Shown here one piece after another: positions 18,221 through 26,618 of a stretch of DNA of 64,000 bases (positions are counted from its first letter, which is position 1; each line of letters opens with the position of its first letter). The notes under the pieces are model-generated. The model worked only from the letters and a program-made list of their open reading frames with translations. It searched no databases and had not been told where the DNA came from. Location: contig OY970309.1 of NCBI GenBank assembly GCA_963716395.1, forward strand, positions 1,824,001 through 1,888,000, given 5' to 3'. This DNA comes from an uncultured Fibrobacteria bacterium (lineage in GTDB: Bacteria > Fibrobacterota > Fibrobacteria > UBA11236). The position numbers were made by a program, and so were the translations under genes.

Positions 18221-19021
18221 TCACCTCCCCATCAGGCGCAACAGCGCCGCGGTGCCCGCTTCGATTTCGGCGAAATTCTTCTGAAAGACCTGCCAGATCA
18301 AAGGTAGGGCGTAAAAAGTCGTCAGACAGCCCAGCATGAGTTTCAGGGGCATGCCCACCAGCCACACATTGGCCTGGGGCATGATGCGGGCGGTGACGGC
18401 CAGACCCAAGGTCGACATGAACAGGGCCGCCAGCACCGGCGCCGCGGCCTTGAGTCCGAACACGAAACTGGCGGCGGTCATCGAGAGGAACACCCGTAAC
18501 ATGCCCGCTCCCTGCCAATGCGCGCCTGCCAACGGCACGACCTGGAACGATTCGGCCAAGGCGCGGATGAAAAACAGGTAGCCGCCGGAAACCAGGAGCA
18601 ACACGGTCACCAAACCGATGAGCAGGTTGCCGATGGCCGTGGAAGGCTCCTGGCTGACGGGGTCGAAAAGCTGGAGCATGGAGAATCCCGTTTCCTGATC
18701 GATCCATTGGCCCGCGATATTGAGCCCGGCCAGGGCCAAGGTGCCGGAAAAGCCCAGGATGAGTCCGACATAAATTTCGCGCAGGGCCAGGGCCAGCAAT
18801 CCAAACACATTGTCGGGCACGGGCACCGCGGTATGCGGCAAGGTGGGAAACAACAACAAGGTCAGGAGCAGGCTCAAACCTGCCTTGATGATGTTGGGGA
18901 TCTGATCGGAGTTGAGAACGGGAAACAGAAACACCGCCGTGCCCACGCGCAGCAGCATGAGCAGCCCCAATTCGATTTGCGCCACCGAGAAGTCGGCGAG
19001 ATTGGGCAGCGGCGCGGCCAT
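18221..19021 (-). CDS. fliR: flagellar biosynthesis protein FliR
   Basis: Multi-TM; AGQWIDQETGFS, ARIMPQANVWLVGMPLK. Confidence 0.93.
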   Translation of the reverse strand: MAAPLPNLADFSVAQIELGLLMLLRVGTAVFLFPVLNSDQIPNIIKAGLSLLLTLLLFPTLPHTAVPVPDNVFGLLALALREIYVGLILGFSGTLALAGLNIAGQWIDQETGFSMLQLFDPVSQEPSTAIGNLLIGLVTVLLLVSGGYLFFIRALAESFQVVPLAGAHWQGAGMLRVFLSMTAASFVFGLKAAAPVLAALFMSTLGLAVTARIMPQANVWLVGMPLKLMLGCLTTFYALPLIWQVFQKNFAEIEAGTAALLRLMGR

Positions 19022-19297
19022 TCAGCCTCCGTGCACCATTTGGGGAATGTGGGCCATCATGCTGGCGAAAAAGGCGCGATAGCCTTGCAGCATCCAGGGT
19101 AGAAACAGCACGATGGCCACGCCCATGGCCACCAGTTTGGGGATGAAGGTGAGGGTCATTTCATGGATTTGGGTGGCGGCCTGAAAAATCGAAATGAAAA
19201 GGCCCACCACCAGCGAGACCAGCAGCATCGGGGCCGACAACAGCATGACCGCCACCAAAGTTTCGCGTCCGATATCGATGACGGAAAGATCCGACAT
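19022..19297 (-). CDS. fliQ: flagellar biosynthesis protein FliQ
   Basis: VGLFISIFQAATQIHEMTLTFIPKL. Confidence 0.96.
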   Translation of the reverse strand: MSDLSVIDIGRETLVAVMLLSAPMLLVSLVVGLFISIFQAATQIHEMTLTFIPKLVAMGVAIVLFLPWMLQGYRAFFASMMAHIPQMVHGG

Positions 19298-19304
19298 GCG
19301 CGCC

Positions 19305-20129
19305 TCAATGGAAACTGGTTACGAGTTGTTGAATCACCAGACTCCAGCCGTCGACCAGCACGAAGAGAATGAGTTTGAAGGGCGTGGAGATCATCATGGG
19401 CGGCAGCATCATCATGCCCATCGACATCAGCACCGAAGCCACCACCATGTCGATGACGAGAAAGGGCACGTAAATCAAAAACCCGATGATGAAAGCCGCA
19501 CGCAGTTCGCTCAGGCAAAAGGCCGGAATCAAGGTGAGATTGCCGATGTCCGCGGGGCTGCGGGGCGGCGGCGCGTGGCTGATACGCACCATCAGCGCCA
19601 GATCTTTTTCGTCAACCTGGCGCATCATGAATTCGCGCAGGGGCTCCATGCCCTTTTGAAAGGCCTCCTCGGTGGGAATCTGTTTTTTCAGATACGGCTG
19701 CAGCGCCTCGTCGTTGATGCGTTGGAAGGTCGGCGCCATCACGAAGAAGGTGAGGAACAGGGCCAACCCCATCATCAGCTGATTGGGCGGCGTGCCCTGA
19801 TTGCCCATGGCGTTGCGCAGAAATCCCAGCACCACCACGATGCGGGTGAAGCAGGTCATCATCACCAGCAGCGAAGGCGCCAGGCTCAGCACCGTGAGCA
19901 TGGCCACCAATTGCAGCGTTACCGCCACGTCTTGCGGGCTTTGGGCCTTGTCGAATTGCAGGCTCAGTTTGGGCAGGGTCTGGGCCACCGCCGAACCGGC
20001 GATCAGCAGGGGAAGCACGGCGACCCAAAGGGAAATTTTCCGGCGCGCCGTCGGCGGGCGCTCGCCGTCGCGTGACCCGCTCAAGGTGGGACGGCGGGCG
20101 GCCGATAAATCCGAACGGGGGAGTCTCAT
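19305..20129 (-). CDS. fliP: flagellar biosynthesis protein FliP
   Basis: MTCFTRIVVVLGFLRNAMG, PPNQ, MGMMMLPP, LFVLVDGW. Confidence 0.96.
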   Translation of the reverse strand: MRLPRSDLSAARRPTLSGSRDGERPPTARRKISLWVAVLPLLIAGSAVAQTLPKLSLQFDKAQSPQDVAVTLQLVAMLTVLSLAPSLLVMMTCFTRIVVVLGFLRNAMGNQGTPPNQLMMGLALFLTFFVMAPTFQRINDEALQPYLKKQIPTEEAFQKGMEPLREFMMRQVDEKDLALMVRISHAPPPRSPADIGNLTLIPAFCLSELRAAFIIGFLIYVPFLVIDMVVASVLMSMGMMMLPPMMISTPFKLILFVLVDGWSLVIQQLVTSFH

Positions 20130-20653
20130 GCTTCCGGGAATTCCGAAACCTTTTTCGGTTTTTTGAATTTTTCCAGCACGCGGTTGAGGTTCTCGGTGAA
20201 CAGCGCCGGGTTGCCCTTTTCGCGGCGCTCGCGCAGGAGGTCGGCCGCCGGCCGATCCAACAGGGTGAGAAGCGACACGTTTTCACGCGTGACCCCCAAG
20301 ACGCCGATCCGGCCGTCGAGCCGCACGGCCACCAGGCGCTGCCCGGGACCCAGGTGGCTGGTCTCCAGCACTTCGATCAAGTCGCCGTCGACCGCACCGC
20401 GCAGCATGCCCCGTTGCGCCTTCCGCAGCAGGCGCACGGTCACCACCACGGCGCCCAACACGAACAGCAGAGCCGCCGCGACTTCGAGCACCAGCAGGGG
20501 AAGCGGCCGGGCCGCCGCCGCGGGCTCGCCGGCCGCCGCGGCGCCGCTTTGCAAGGCCTGTTGCACGCGCAGGAATTTTTCCGCCGCCGGATCGGAGGCG
20601 CTTTGCGCCCACGCCCAGAGCGGCAGCCAGGCGATTACGGCGGGCGTCTTCAT
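20126..20653 (-). CDS. fliO: flagellar biosynthesis protein FliO/FliZ
   Basis: TM helix then IEVLETSHLGPGQRLVAVR..LGVT; lies between fliN/Y and fliP. Confidence 0.85.
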   Translation of the reverse strand: MKTPAVIAWLPLWAWAQSASDPAAEKFLRVQQALQSGAAAAGEPAAAARPLPLLVLEVAAALLFVLGAVVVTVRLLRKAQRGMLRGAVDGDLIEVLETSHLGPGQRLVAVRLDGRIGVLGVTRENVSLLTLLDRPAADLLRERREKGNPALFTENLNRVLEKFKKPKKVSEFPEA

Positions 20654-21618
20654 CGCAGTTGCTGGATGCGCTCCGCCGGGGAGATCAGCGACAGAATGCG
20701 GATGCCGAAGTATTCATCGACCACCACCACTTCGCCGCGCGCCACCACCTTGTCGTTGACCAGCAGATCCACCGGTTCGCCCGCCAGGCGATCCAACTCG
20801 ATAATCGATCCCGGCCCTAATTCCAGAATACGACGGATGGAGAGCCGGGTGCGGCCCAATTCGATGGTGATGTTAAGGGGGACGTCGAGGAGCAGTTCGA
20901 CGTTGGGCGTCGCACCTTCGGGCATGGTCAGCGACGTATCGACCGAGGCCGCGGGCAGCATCGCCGCGCCGAAATGCGGGGCCGCCGGCATGTCGCCTTC
21001 GGTTTCGGTGGGATCGGTGAAGGCCATGACCAGGGGCTGGGAAAACAGCAGGCGGAGCTTGCCCAGGGCCGTACCCTCGACGCGTATTTCGAAATCGGCC
21101 ATGGCCCCGCCGGAGAGATCAAATGGAGGCGCCGAGGGATTGAAATTTTCGGCTTTGGCCGGGGCGCTCGACAGGGTGATCTCGAAGCGCGTCCCCAGCG
21201 CCGTCGCGAACGCGCCCATGATCTGGTTGCCCAATTCATTCATGGCGTCGAGGTGATCGGGTTGAAAGGTCGCGGGACCTGTGGCGCCGGTCATTCCCTG
21301 CGCCAGCTTGGCGGCAAACTCTTTGCGGAGCAGAACCGCCAGTTCTCCCTGGAACCCGTGTTCGAATCCCGAGAGAATCGCCAGCGATTCCGACTCGAAC
21401 CCCTCCATGGCCGCGGCGGCGTCACCGGGCTGCGGCGCGCCGGTTTCGATTTCCACCGACTTGCCCAGTAGCGCTCCCAACACGTGGTTCGCCTGATCGG
21501 CAAAGGTCTCGAAGGAGGCGCGCAACGCTTCGGGGTTGAATCCCGACGCGTCTTTGCTGCCCAGCGAGGCGGTCAGCGCGTCGATTTCCGCTTGGCTCAA
21601 AAGCCCGCCTTCACCCAT
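20650..21618 (-). CDS. fliY: flagellar switch protein FliY/FliN (CheC-like middle domain plus SpoA domain)
   Basis: N-terminal LSQAEIDAL, middle MNELGNQIMG, C-terminal LLLDVPLNITIELGRT...GEVVVVDEYFGIRI. Confidence 0.85.
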   Translation of the reverse strand: MGEGGLLSQAEIDALTASLGSKDASGFNPEALRASFETFADQANHVLGALLGKSVEIETGAPQPGDAAAAMEGFESESLAILSGFEHGFQGELAVLLRKEFAAKLAQGMTGATGPATFQPDHLDAMNELGNQIMGAFATALGTRFEITLSSAPAKAENFNPSAPPFDLSGGAMADFEIRVEGTALGKLRLLFSQPLVMAFTDPTETEGDMPAAPHFGAAMLPAASVDTSLTMPEGATPNVELLLDVPLNITIELGRTRLSIRRILELGPGSIIELDRLAGEPVDLLVNDKVVARGEVVVVDEYFGIRILSLISPAERIQQLR

Positions 21619-22639
21619 CTTCCCCCACCTCCCGATCGATGATGGCCGTGATTTGGATCGATTTGTTGCGCCCCACCAATCCCACCCGGCCGAGGAATTT
21701 GGAACGGTCGCCCACCCGTACGATCAAATCGGAACCGGCGGGCTTATCGAGCACCACTACGTCACCGGTGTGCAGTTGCAACATATCGCGCACGCTGAGC
21801 TGGGTTTCGCCCACCACCACGTTGGCGTTCAAGTCGGTGGCGCCCAATTCATTTTCGAGGAGGCGGCGCGTTTCCTGGGTGGTGGTGCGCTGGCCGCTGA
21901 TCCACGATTCGCCGCTCAGCTTGTCGATCACCGATTCCAACAGCATGTAGGGAAAACACAGGCTGATCAGGCCCGACCCGTGTTTCATGCGCACTTCGAG
22001 CGAAATGAGAATTACGGTTTCGTTGGGCGGCGCGATTTGGACGAACTGCGCGTTGGTCTCATAGCTTTCGATCTTGGGCGTGAAAATGCCCACGTGTTCC
22101 CACACCTCTTTCAAGTTCTGTAAGGCCCGGTCGGCGATTTTGGTGAGCACGCTTTTTTCGATGTCGGTCAATTCGCGCGTGTGGTCGGTGGATTTTCCCT
22201 GGCCTCCGAAGAGACGGTCGACGATGAGGAACACTAGGTTGGGGTTGATTTCGGCGATGGCCGCGCCTTCCAGCGGCTCCATCTGGAACACGTAGATGCA
22301 AGTGGGGTTCGACACCGACATCATGAACTCGGAATAGGTAAGCTGATCCACCGACACGATTTCGATTTCCACCAAAGTCCGCAGGTATGACGAAAGCGTG
22401 GTGGAAAGCAGTCGTGCATAGCCGTCGTGCAGATTCTGCAAAGCCCGCATCTGATCTTTCGAAACGCGGTCGGGCCGGCGGAAATCATACAGCGAGATCT
22501 GTTTTTCGCCGCGCTCGGGCCCCGCTTCGGATTTGGATGATTCGGCGGGCGGCGTGGCCAGGTCTTCGGGGGGCACGCTGCCGCTTGACACCGCGCTCAG
22601 CAGGGCGTCGACTTCGGCTTGCGAGAGGACTTCGCCCAT
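21611..22639 (-). CDS. fliM: flagellar motor switch protein FliM
   Basis: LSQAEVDALL, YDFRRPDRVSKDQMR, DRLFGGQG, RELTDIE. Confidence 0.96.
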   Translation of the reverse strand: MGEVLSQAEVDALLSAVSSGSVPPEDLATPPAESSKSEAGPERGEKQISLYDFRRPDRVSKDQMRALQNLHDGYARLLSTTLSSYLRTLVEIEIVSVDQLTYSEFMMSVSNPTCIYVFQMEPLEGAAIAEINPNLVFLIVDRLFGGQGKSTDHTRELTDIEKSVLTKIADRALQNLKEVWEHVGIFTPKIESYETNAQFVQIAPPNETVILISLEVRMKHGSGLISLCFPYMLLESVIDKLSGESWISGQRTTTQETRRLLENELGATDLNANVVVGETQLSVRDMLQLHTGDVVVLDKPAGSDLIVRVGDRSKFLGRVGLVGRNKSIQITAIIDREVGEDG

Positions 22640-22641
22640 GG

Positions 22642-23256
22642 CTATTGCACCAGGAAGTCGGTGAAGAAGGCGTTGCGCAAATGGCCGTGATCGTCGGGGA
22701 GAATGGCATTCACCTCGCTGACGATCGACTCTTTCATCTTCTGTTTGCCCGCAGGCCGCAGCAGCTCTTCATACGGCTCGCTGGAAAGAATGTTGATGAT
22801 GATGTCGGAAATTTTCGGCATGCGTTCTTCAATCTCTTTGCCCACGGGATCGGTCAGGCCGCCTCCTCCGCCTTCGCCGCCCTTTTCACCTTTGCCGGCT
22901 ACCGGCGGGGCGTCGGTTTCCCACTCCAACTGGATCGAGCATTTCAAATAATGATCGCCGTTGGGTCCGATGTTCACCGTGAAGGTGAGGGGCTTGGGGA
23001 GGGTCATCCCGATGCGCGTGCGCTCTTCGCGGGCTTTGCGCTCCGCCTCTTCCTGGGTTTTCTGCGCCTCGGCCGCGGGATTGGGGGCGCGCAGACGCGC
23101 GGCGATGAAGAATGCCACGGCGCCCATGATGAGAATGTCGGCCACCAGAATGCCCGCAATGATCGCGGTTTTCTTCTTGGAACCGCCCGCGGTTTTGGCA
23201 CCCGTCTCCTCGGCGCCTTTCACCGGCGCTTCGGACTTTTCTTTTCCCTCAGCCAT
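22642..23256 (-). CDS. fliL: flagellar basal body-associated protein FliL
   Basis: N-terminal TM, FTVNI, PKISDIIINILSS, FFTDFLVQ C-terminus. Confidence 0.92.
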   Translation of the reverse strand: MAEGKEKSEAPVKGAEETGAKTAGGSKKKTAIIAGILVADILIMGAVAFFIAARLRAPNPAAEAQKTQEEAERKAREERTRIGMTLPKPLTFTVNIGPNGDHYLKCSIQLEWETDAPPVAGKGEKGGEGGGGGLTDPVGKEIEERMPKISDIIINILSSEPYEELLRPAGKQKMKESIVSEVNAILPDDHGHLRNAFFTDFLVQ

Positions 23257-23275
23257 GCCTTCCTCCGGGCTGCGC

Positions 23276-23479
23276 TCAGGCGCCCTCTGTCGCGACGGTC
23301 GGGGTGATGCGGCGTTTGTAAGCGACCGTCTTTTCCACCACCTCGGCCGGGGTTTCGCGCACTACGAACCGCCGCCCGCTTTGCAGCACCAACGACGTAT
23401 CGGGCTGGGCCTCGACGCATTCGATGTGCTCGGCGTTGACCACGAAGCGCTCGCCGTTCAGCTTGGTGAGTTCGATCAT
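23276..23479 (-). CDS. flbD: flagellar protein FlbD (SwrD family)
   Basis: MIELTKLNGERFVVNAEHIECVEAQPDT, 67 aa, directly after flgE. Confidence 0.92.
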   Translation of the reverse strand: MIELTKLNGERFVVNAEHIECVEAQPDTSLVLQSGRRFVVRETPAEVVEKTVAYKRRITPTVATEGA

Positions 23480-23530
23480 GGCTTCGCGTTCCTTCCGCCT
23501 GCGACGGGTGCCCGGGAACCTCGCGTTCCC

Positions 23531-23560
23531 ATTGTATTCCTTTCGCTTCCCGCGTTGCAA
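23531..23560 (-). promoter_or_regulatory. putative sigma70 promoter upstream of flbD-fliL...fliA
   Basis: Minus strand TTGCAA-N18-TACAAT in the flgE-flbD gap. Confidence 0.55.
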
Positions 23561-23612
23561 TCGGTGCGGCGGTCCGCCGGAGGCCCAGGCCGGCACCGCC
23601 GTCATCCCGCGC

Positions 23613-25766
23613 TTACTGTTTGAGCGACACCAGTTCCTGCAACAGCTGATCGCTGGTGGTGATCACGCGGGCGTTGGCTTGAAAACCGCGCTGTGTGGTG
23701 ATCATGTCGGTGAATTGCTGGGCCAGATCGACGTTCGACAATTCCAGGGCCCCGGGCGCGATCACGCTGCTGCTTTGCGAATCCGGAGCGCCCAAGATCG
23801 GGTCGCCGCTGTCGGCGCTGGTGGTGTAGAGCGAGTCCTTAGTGGCCTGCAAACCGCCGGGGTTGTTGAAGTCGGCCACCAGCACCTGGGCCAGGGGCTT
23901 GGTGGTACCATTGGTGAATGCACCGGTGATCACGCCGTTGGGGCCCACCGAAATCGAGCTTAACTGCCCCGTGCTGTAGCCGTTTTGGCTCACGGCCGCG
24001 GCCGTCGTGGCCGAGGCAAACTGGGTGAGGCCGGTGAAATCGCCGGGTCCGCCTACGTTGAGGTTCAGGCTGATGTTGGCGGATCCGTTTTCGGGATTGA
24101 TGACGGTGCTCGACGATCCGTCGTCGAAGCTGAACGAAGCCACCGAACCATCCGGCCCGAAAGTCAGTTTGCCCTGTCCGCCCTGCACGACCTGCTCCTG
24201 CCCGCCCATCTTCATTTTCCACAGCCATTGATTGGGCGTATCGGTGGGGGTGAGTTCCATGGTCGCGGTATGCTGGCCGCCGTTGGCGTCGTACACGGTA
24301 ATGGCGGCGTCGGCCACCTGGGTGTCGGTCGCGGCCTGGATTTGGGTCGTGTTGGTGTTGGTATTGAAATTGTCGGGCGCGGGCGCCTGACCATTGCTAT
24401 TGGTGGCCTGAATCTGCAGATTGCTCAGGGCAAAGGCGGTTTCGGGCATGCCGCGAATCACGATGGATCCGTCGGGAATATTGTCGTCGGTGCCGCTCCC
24501 GTCGATGGAGACCGAAGGGTTGTTCTGCAAAGTGCCGTCGGTGCTCGGCAGCTTGAAGTTGTTGCGAATGTTCGTCAGCAAGTCGAACATGGTGGTGCCG
24601 CCGGCGCCCGAGGCATAGGTGAGGCCGGGCACATTGTTGGCGGCGACACCGCCGACCGAACCGGTTACACTGATCACATCGCCGTTTTCCAGCCCCAGGG
24701 AATTGCCGTTTTGATCGAAGAGCTGGCTCAGGGGATCCGAAGTGGCGACCGAGGTGCCGGCCCGGGCGGGGCCGCGCAACGTGTCGGTGACCACGCTCAA
24801 GGCCGTGGTGCCGGCGGGAATGGTGGTGGGCACGGCCAGGGCTTGCGTCACTTCGGGTGCGGGGCTGCTATCGGTGACTTGCAGGTTTTGGATGTCCGCA
24901 GTGTTGCCAAAGATGGTGACGCCGCCGCGTAACGTGGCGGAGGTGGCGGCGTCGATGGTCTGCACCGTGGTGCCGTTGCCCGCGCCGTTGGCCCGTAAAA
25001 AGGCTTGCATGGCGCCGGTCAAATCGCCCAGGGTGCTGTTCGCGGTGACGGAGAAATTTTGCGTCACCGTATTGCCCGCGGCATTGGTCATCGAAAACGT
25101 CAGCACGTCGTTGGGCTGAATGCCGAGGGAGGTCCCGGTGCTGCTGGTGAGGCCTTGCAGGTTGTCGTCGGTGCGCGCGCTGTTGAGAAAGCGCTGCGTC
25201 GTCAGCACGCTGCCTTGCGCGATGGAATTGGGGTCGAGGTTGCGGGCGTAATTGACCTGGGTGGTCGCTTGCGCCGGCGACTGGACGTTGAAGGGAATTT
25301 GGATGTTCTCGGGCTGCGAGGCTGTCGAGATATTCCCCTGCGCATCGGCCAAGCGACCTTGCACCACCATGCCGGTCGACGGCATGACGAGATTGCCATT
25401 GGCGTCGAGTTGGAAATTGCCGTTACGGGTGTAATACGTTCCCTTTCCGTCCGACACGGCGAAATAGGCTTGTCCTTCGATGGCGAGATCGGTGACCTGG
25501 CCGGTCGATTGCAGGTTGCCCTGTGTCAGCATGGTGTCGATGGAGCCCACGCTCATACCCAGCCCCACCTGCATGGGATCGGTTCCGCCCGATCCGTCCG
25601 CAGGCCGGGTGGCGCCTTGCAGCAATTGCGAGAGGGAATTCTCGAAGGTGACGCGTTGCGATTTGTAGCCGGTGGTGTTGACGTTGGCGATGTTGTTGCC
25701 GATGACATCCATTTCGGTCTGGTTGTTTTCCAGACCCGAGACGGCGGCGTAGAGTGAACGGAGCAT
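23613..25766 (-). CDS. flgE: flagellar hook protein FlgE (717 aa, large central insertion)
   Basis: MLRSLYAAVSGL..VIGNNIANVNTTGYK, YYTRNGNF, LELSNVDLAQQFTDMITTQRGFQANARVIT; GGAGG RBS. Confidence 0.95.
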   Translation of the reverse strand: MLRSLYAAVSGLENNQTEMDVIGNNIANVNTTGYKSQRVTFENSLSQLLQGATRPADGSGGTDPMQVGLGMSVGSIDTMLTQGNLQSTGQVTDLAIEGQAYFAVSDGKGTYYTRNGNFQLDANGNLVMPSTGMVVQGRLADAQGNISTASQPENIQIPFNVQSPAQATTQVNYARNLDPNSIAQGSVLTTQRFLNSARTDDNLQGLTSSTGTSLGIQPNDVLTFSMTNAAGNTVTQNFSVTANSTLGDLTGAMQAFLRANGAGNGTTVQTIDAATSATLRGGVTIFGNTADIQNLQVTDSSPAPEVTQALAVPTTIPAGTTALSVVTDTLRGPARAGTSVATSDPLSQLFDQNGNSLGLENGDVISVTGSVGGVAANNVPGLTYASGAGGTTMFDLLTNIRNNFKLPSTDGTLQNNPSVSIDGSGTDDNIPDGSIVIRGMPETAFALSNLQIQATNSNGQAPAPDNFNTNTNTTQIQAATDTQVADAAITVYDANGGQHTATMELTPTDTPNQWLWKMKMGGQEQVVQGGQGKLTFGPDGSVASFSFDDGSSSTVINPENGSANISLNLNVGGPGDFTGLTQFASATTAAAVSQNGYSTGQLSSISVGPNGVITGAFTNGTTKPLAQVLVADFNNPGGLQATKDSLYTTSADSGDPILGAPDSQSSSVIAPGALELSNVDLAQQFTDMITTQRGFQANARVITTSDQLLQELVSLKQ

Positions 25767-25780
25767 GGAACGACCTCCTC

Positions 25781-26587
25781 CTAGGGATTGGTGGTAGCGT
25801 TGGTGATTTCGGTGACTTGATCCATGGGAACCTGCTGTCCCCCGACTTCGAGTTGCAGTCCGCTGGTCGCGAAATTCAATCCGGTGACCGGGCCCTGGGT
25901 ATAGGCGTAGCCCGTATCGGTGGTGCCGTCGGCCGAGGTCACCATGATTTGATACGTGCCGGCCGGCGCCACCGAACCGTTCTGGGTCTGACCGATCCAA
26001 TTGATGGTGCCTTGTCCGCTGGTCGGCAGCGCGAAGGCGTCCATCACGTTCTGGTTGGCATCGACGATGGAAACCACCGATTGCGTGCCCGGCGTGGCGG
26101 ACGCCTGAAAGGTGATGGGGGTGTTTTGGCTGGGATCCCAGTTGATGGAGTCGAGCTTGACGCTCACCTGCTTGCCGATGAGGTTGGTGGCCGACGCCTG
26201 CGAAATCGCCTGGGAAGTTTGCTGGTTATCCGTGACCAGAGTATTGAGTTGCGTGCCCAAATTGTCGACCGAGGTTTCCAGGTTTTGCGTGCCTTCCAGC
26301 GCCGAAAACTGGGCCAATTGCGAAATGAATTGGGTGTCATCGGAGGGTTGCAGGGGATCCTGGTATTTCAACTGCGTCACGAGCAGGTTGAGAAAATCCT
26401 GTTTGCCCAGGGTTTGCGTCGCGTTGCTGAAAACGCTTTGATCGCCGGCCTGCGTCACGGTCGACCCGGAAACCTGACCATTGGTGATGGTGCCCGAAAC
26501 CGTGCGGTCGGCCGGGGTGGCGGGGTTCGTAATCGACGATACGTCGAGCGGCGTCGGCGTCGAAGTGGTGGTGACGGCAGTAGTCAT
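25781..26587 (-). CDS. flgD: flagellar hook capping protein FlgD
   Basis: LGKQDFLNLLVTQLKYQDPLQP, FISQLAQFSALE, C-terminal FlgD-Ig (INWIGQTQNG..PAGTY). Confidence 0.95.
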   Translation of the reverse strand: MTTAVTTTSTPTPLDVSSITNPATPADRTVSGTITNGQVSGSTVTQAGDQSVFSNATQTLGKQDFLNLLVTQLKYQDPLQPSDDTQFISQLAQFSALEGTQNLETSVDNLGTQLNTLVTDNQQTSQAISQASATNLIGKQVSVKLDSINWDPSQNTPITFQASATPGTQSVVSIVDANQNVMDAFALPTSGQGTINWIGQTQNGSVAPAGTYQIMVTSADGTTDTGYAYTQGPVTGLNFATSGLQLEVGGQQVPMDQVTEITNATTNP

Positions 26588-26618
26588 AGTCGGCTCCCGA
26601 GTTCGCATCCGGCGGTGT

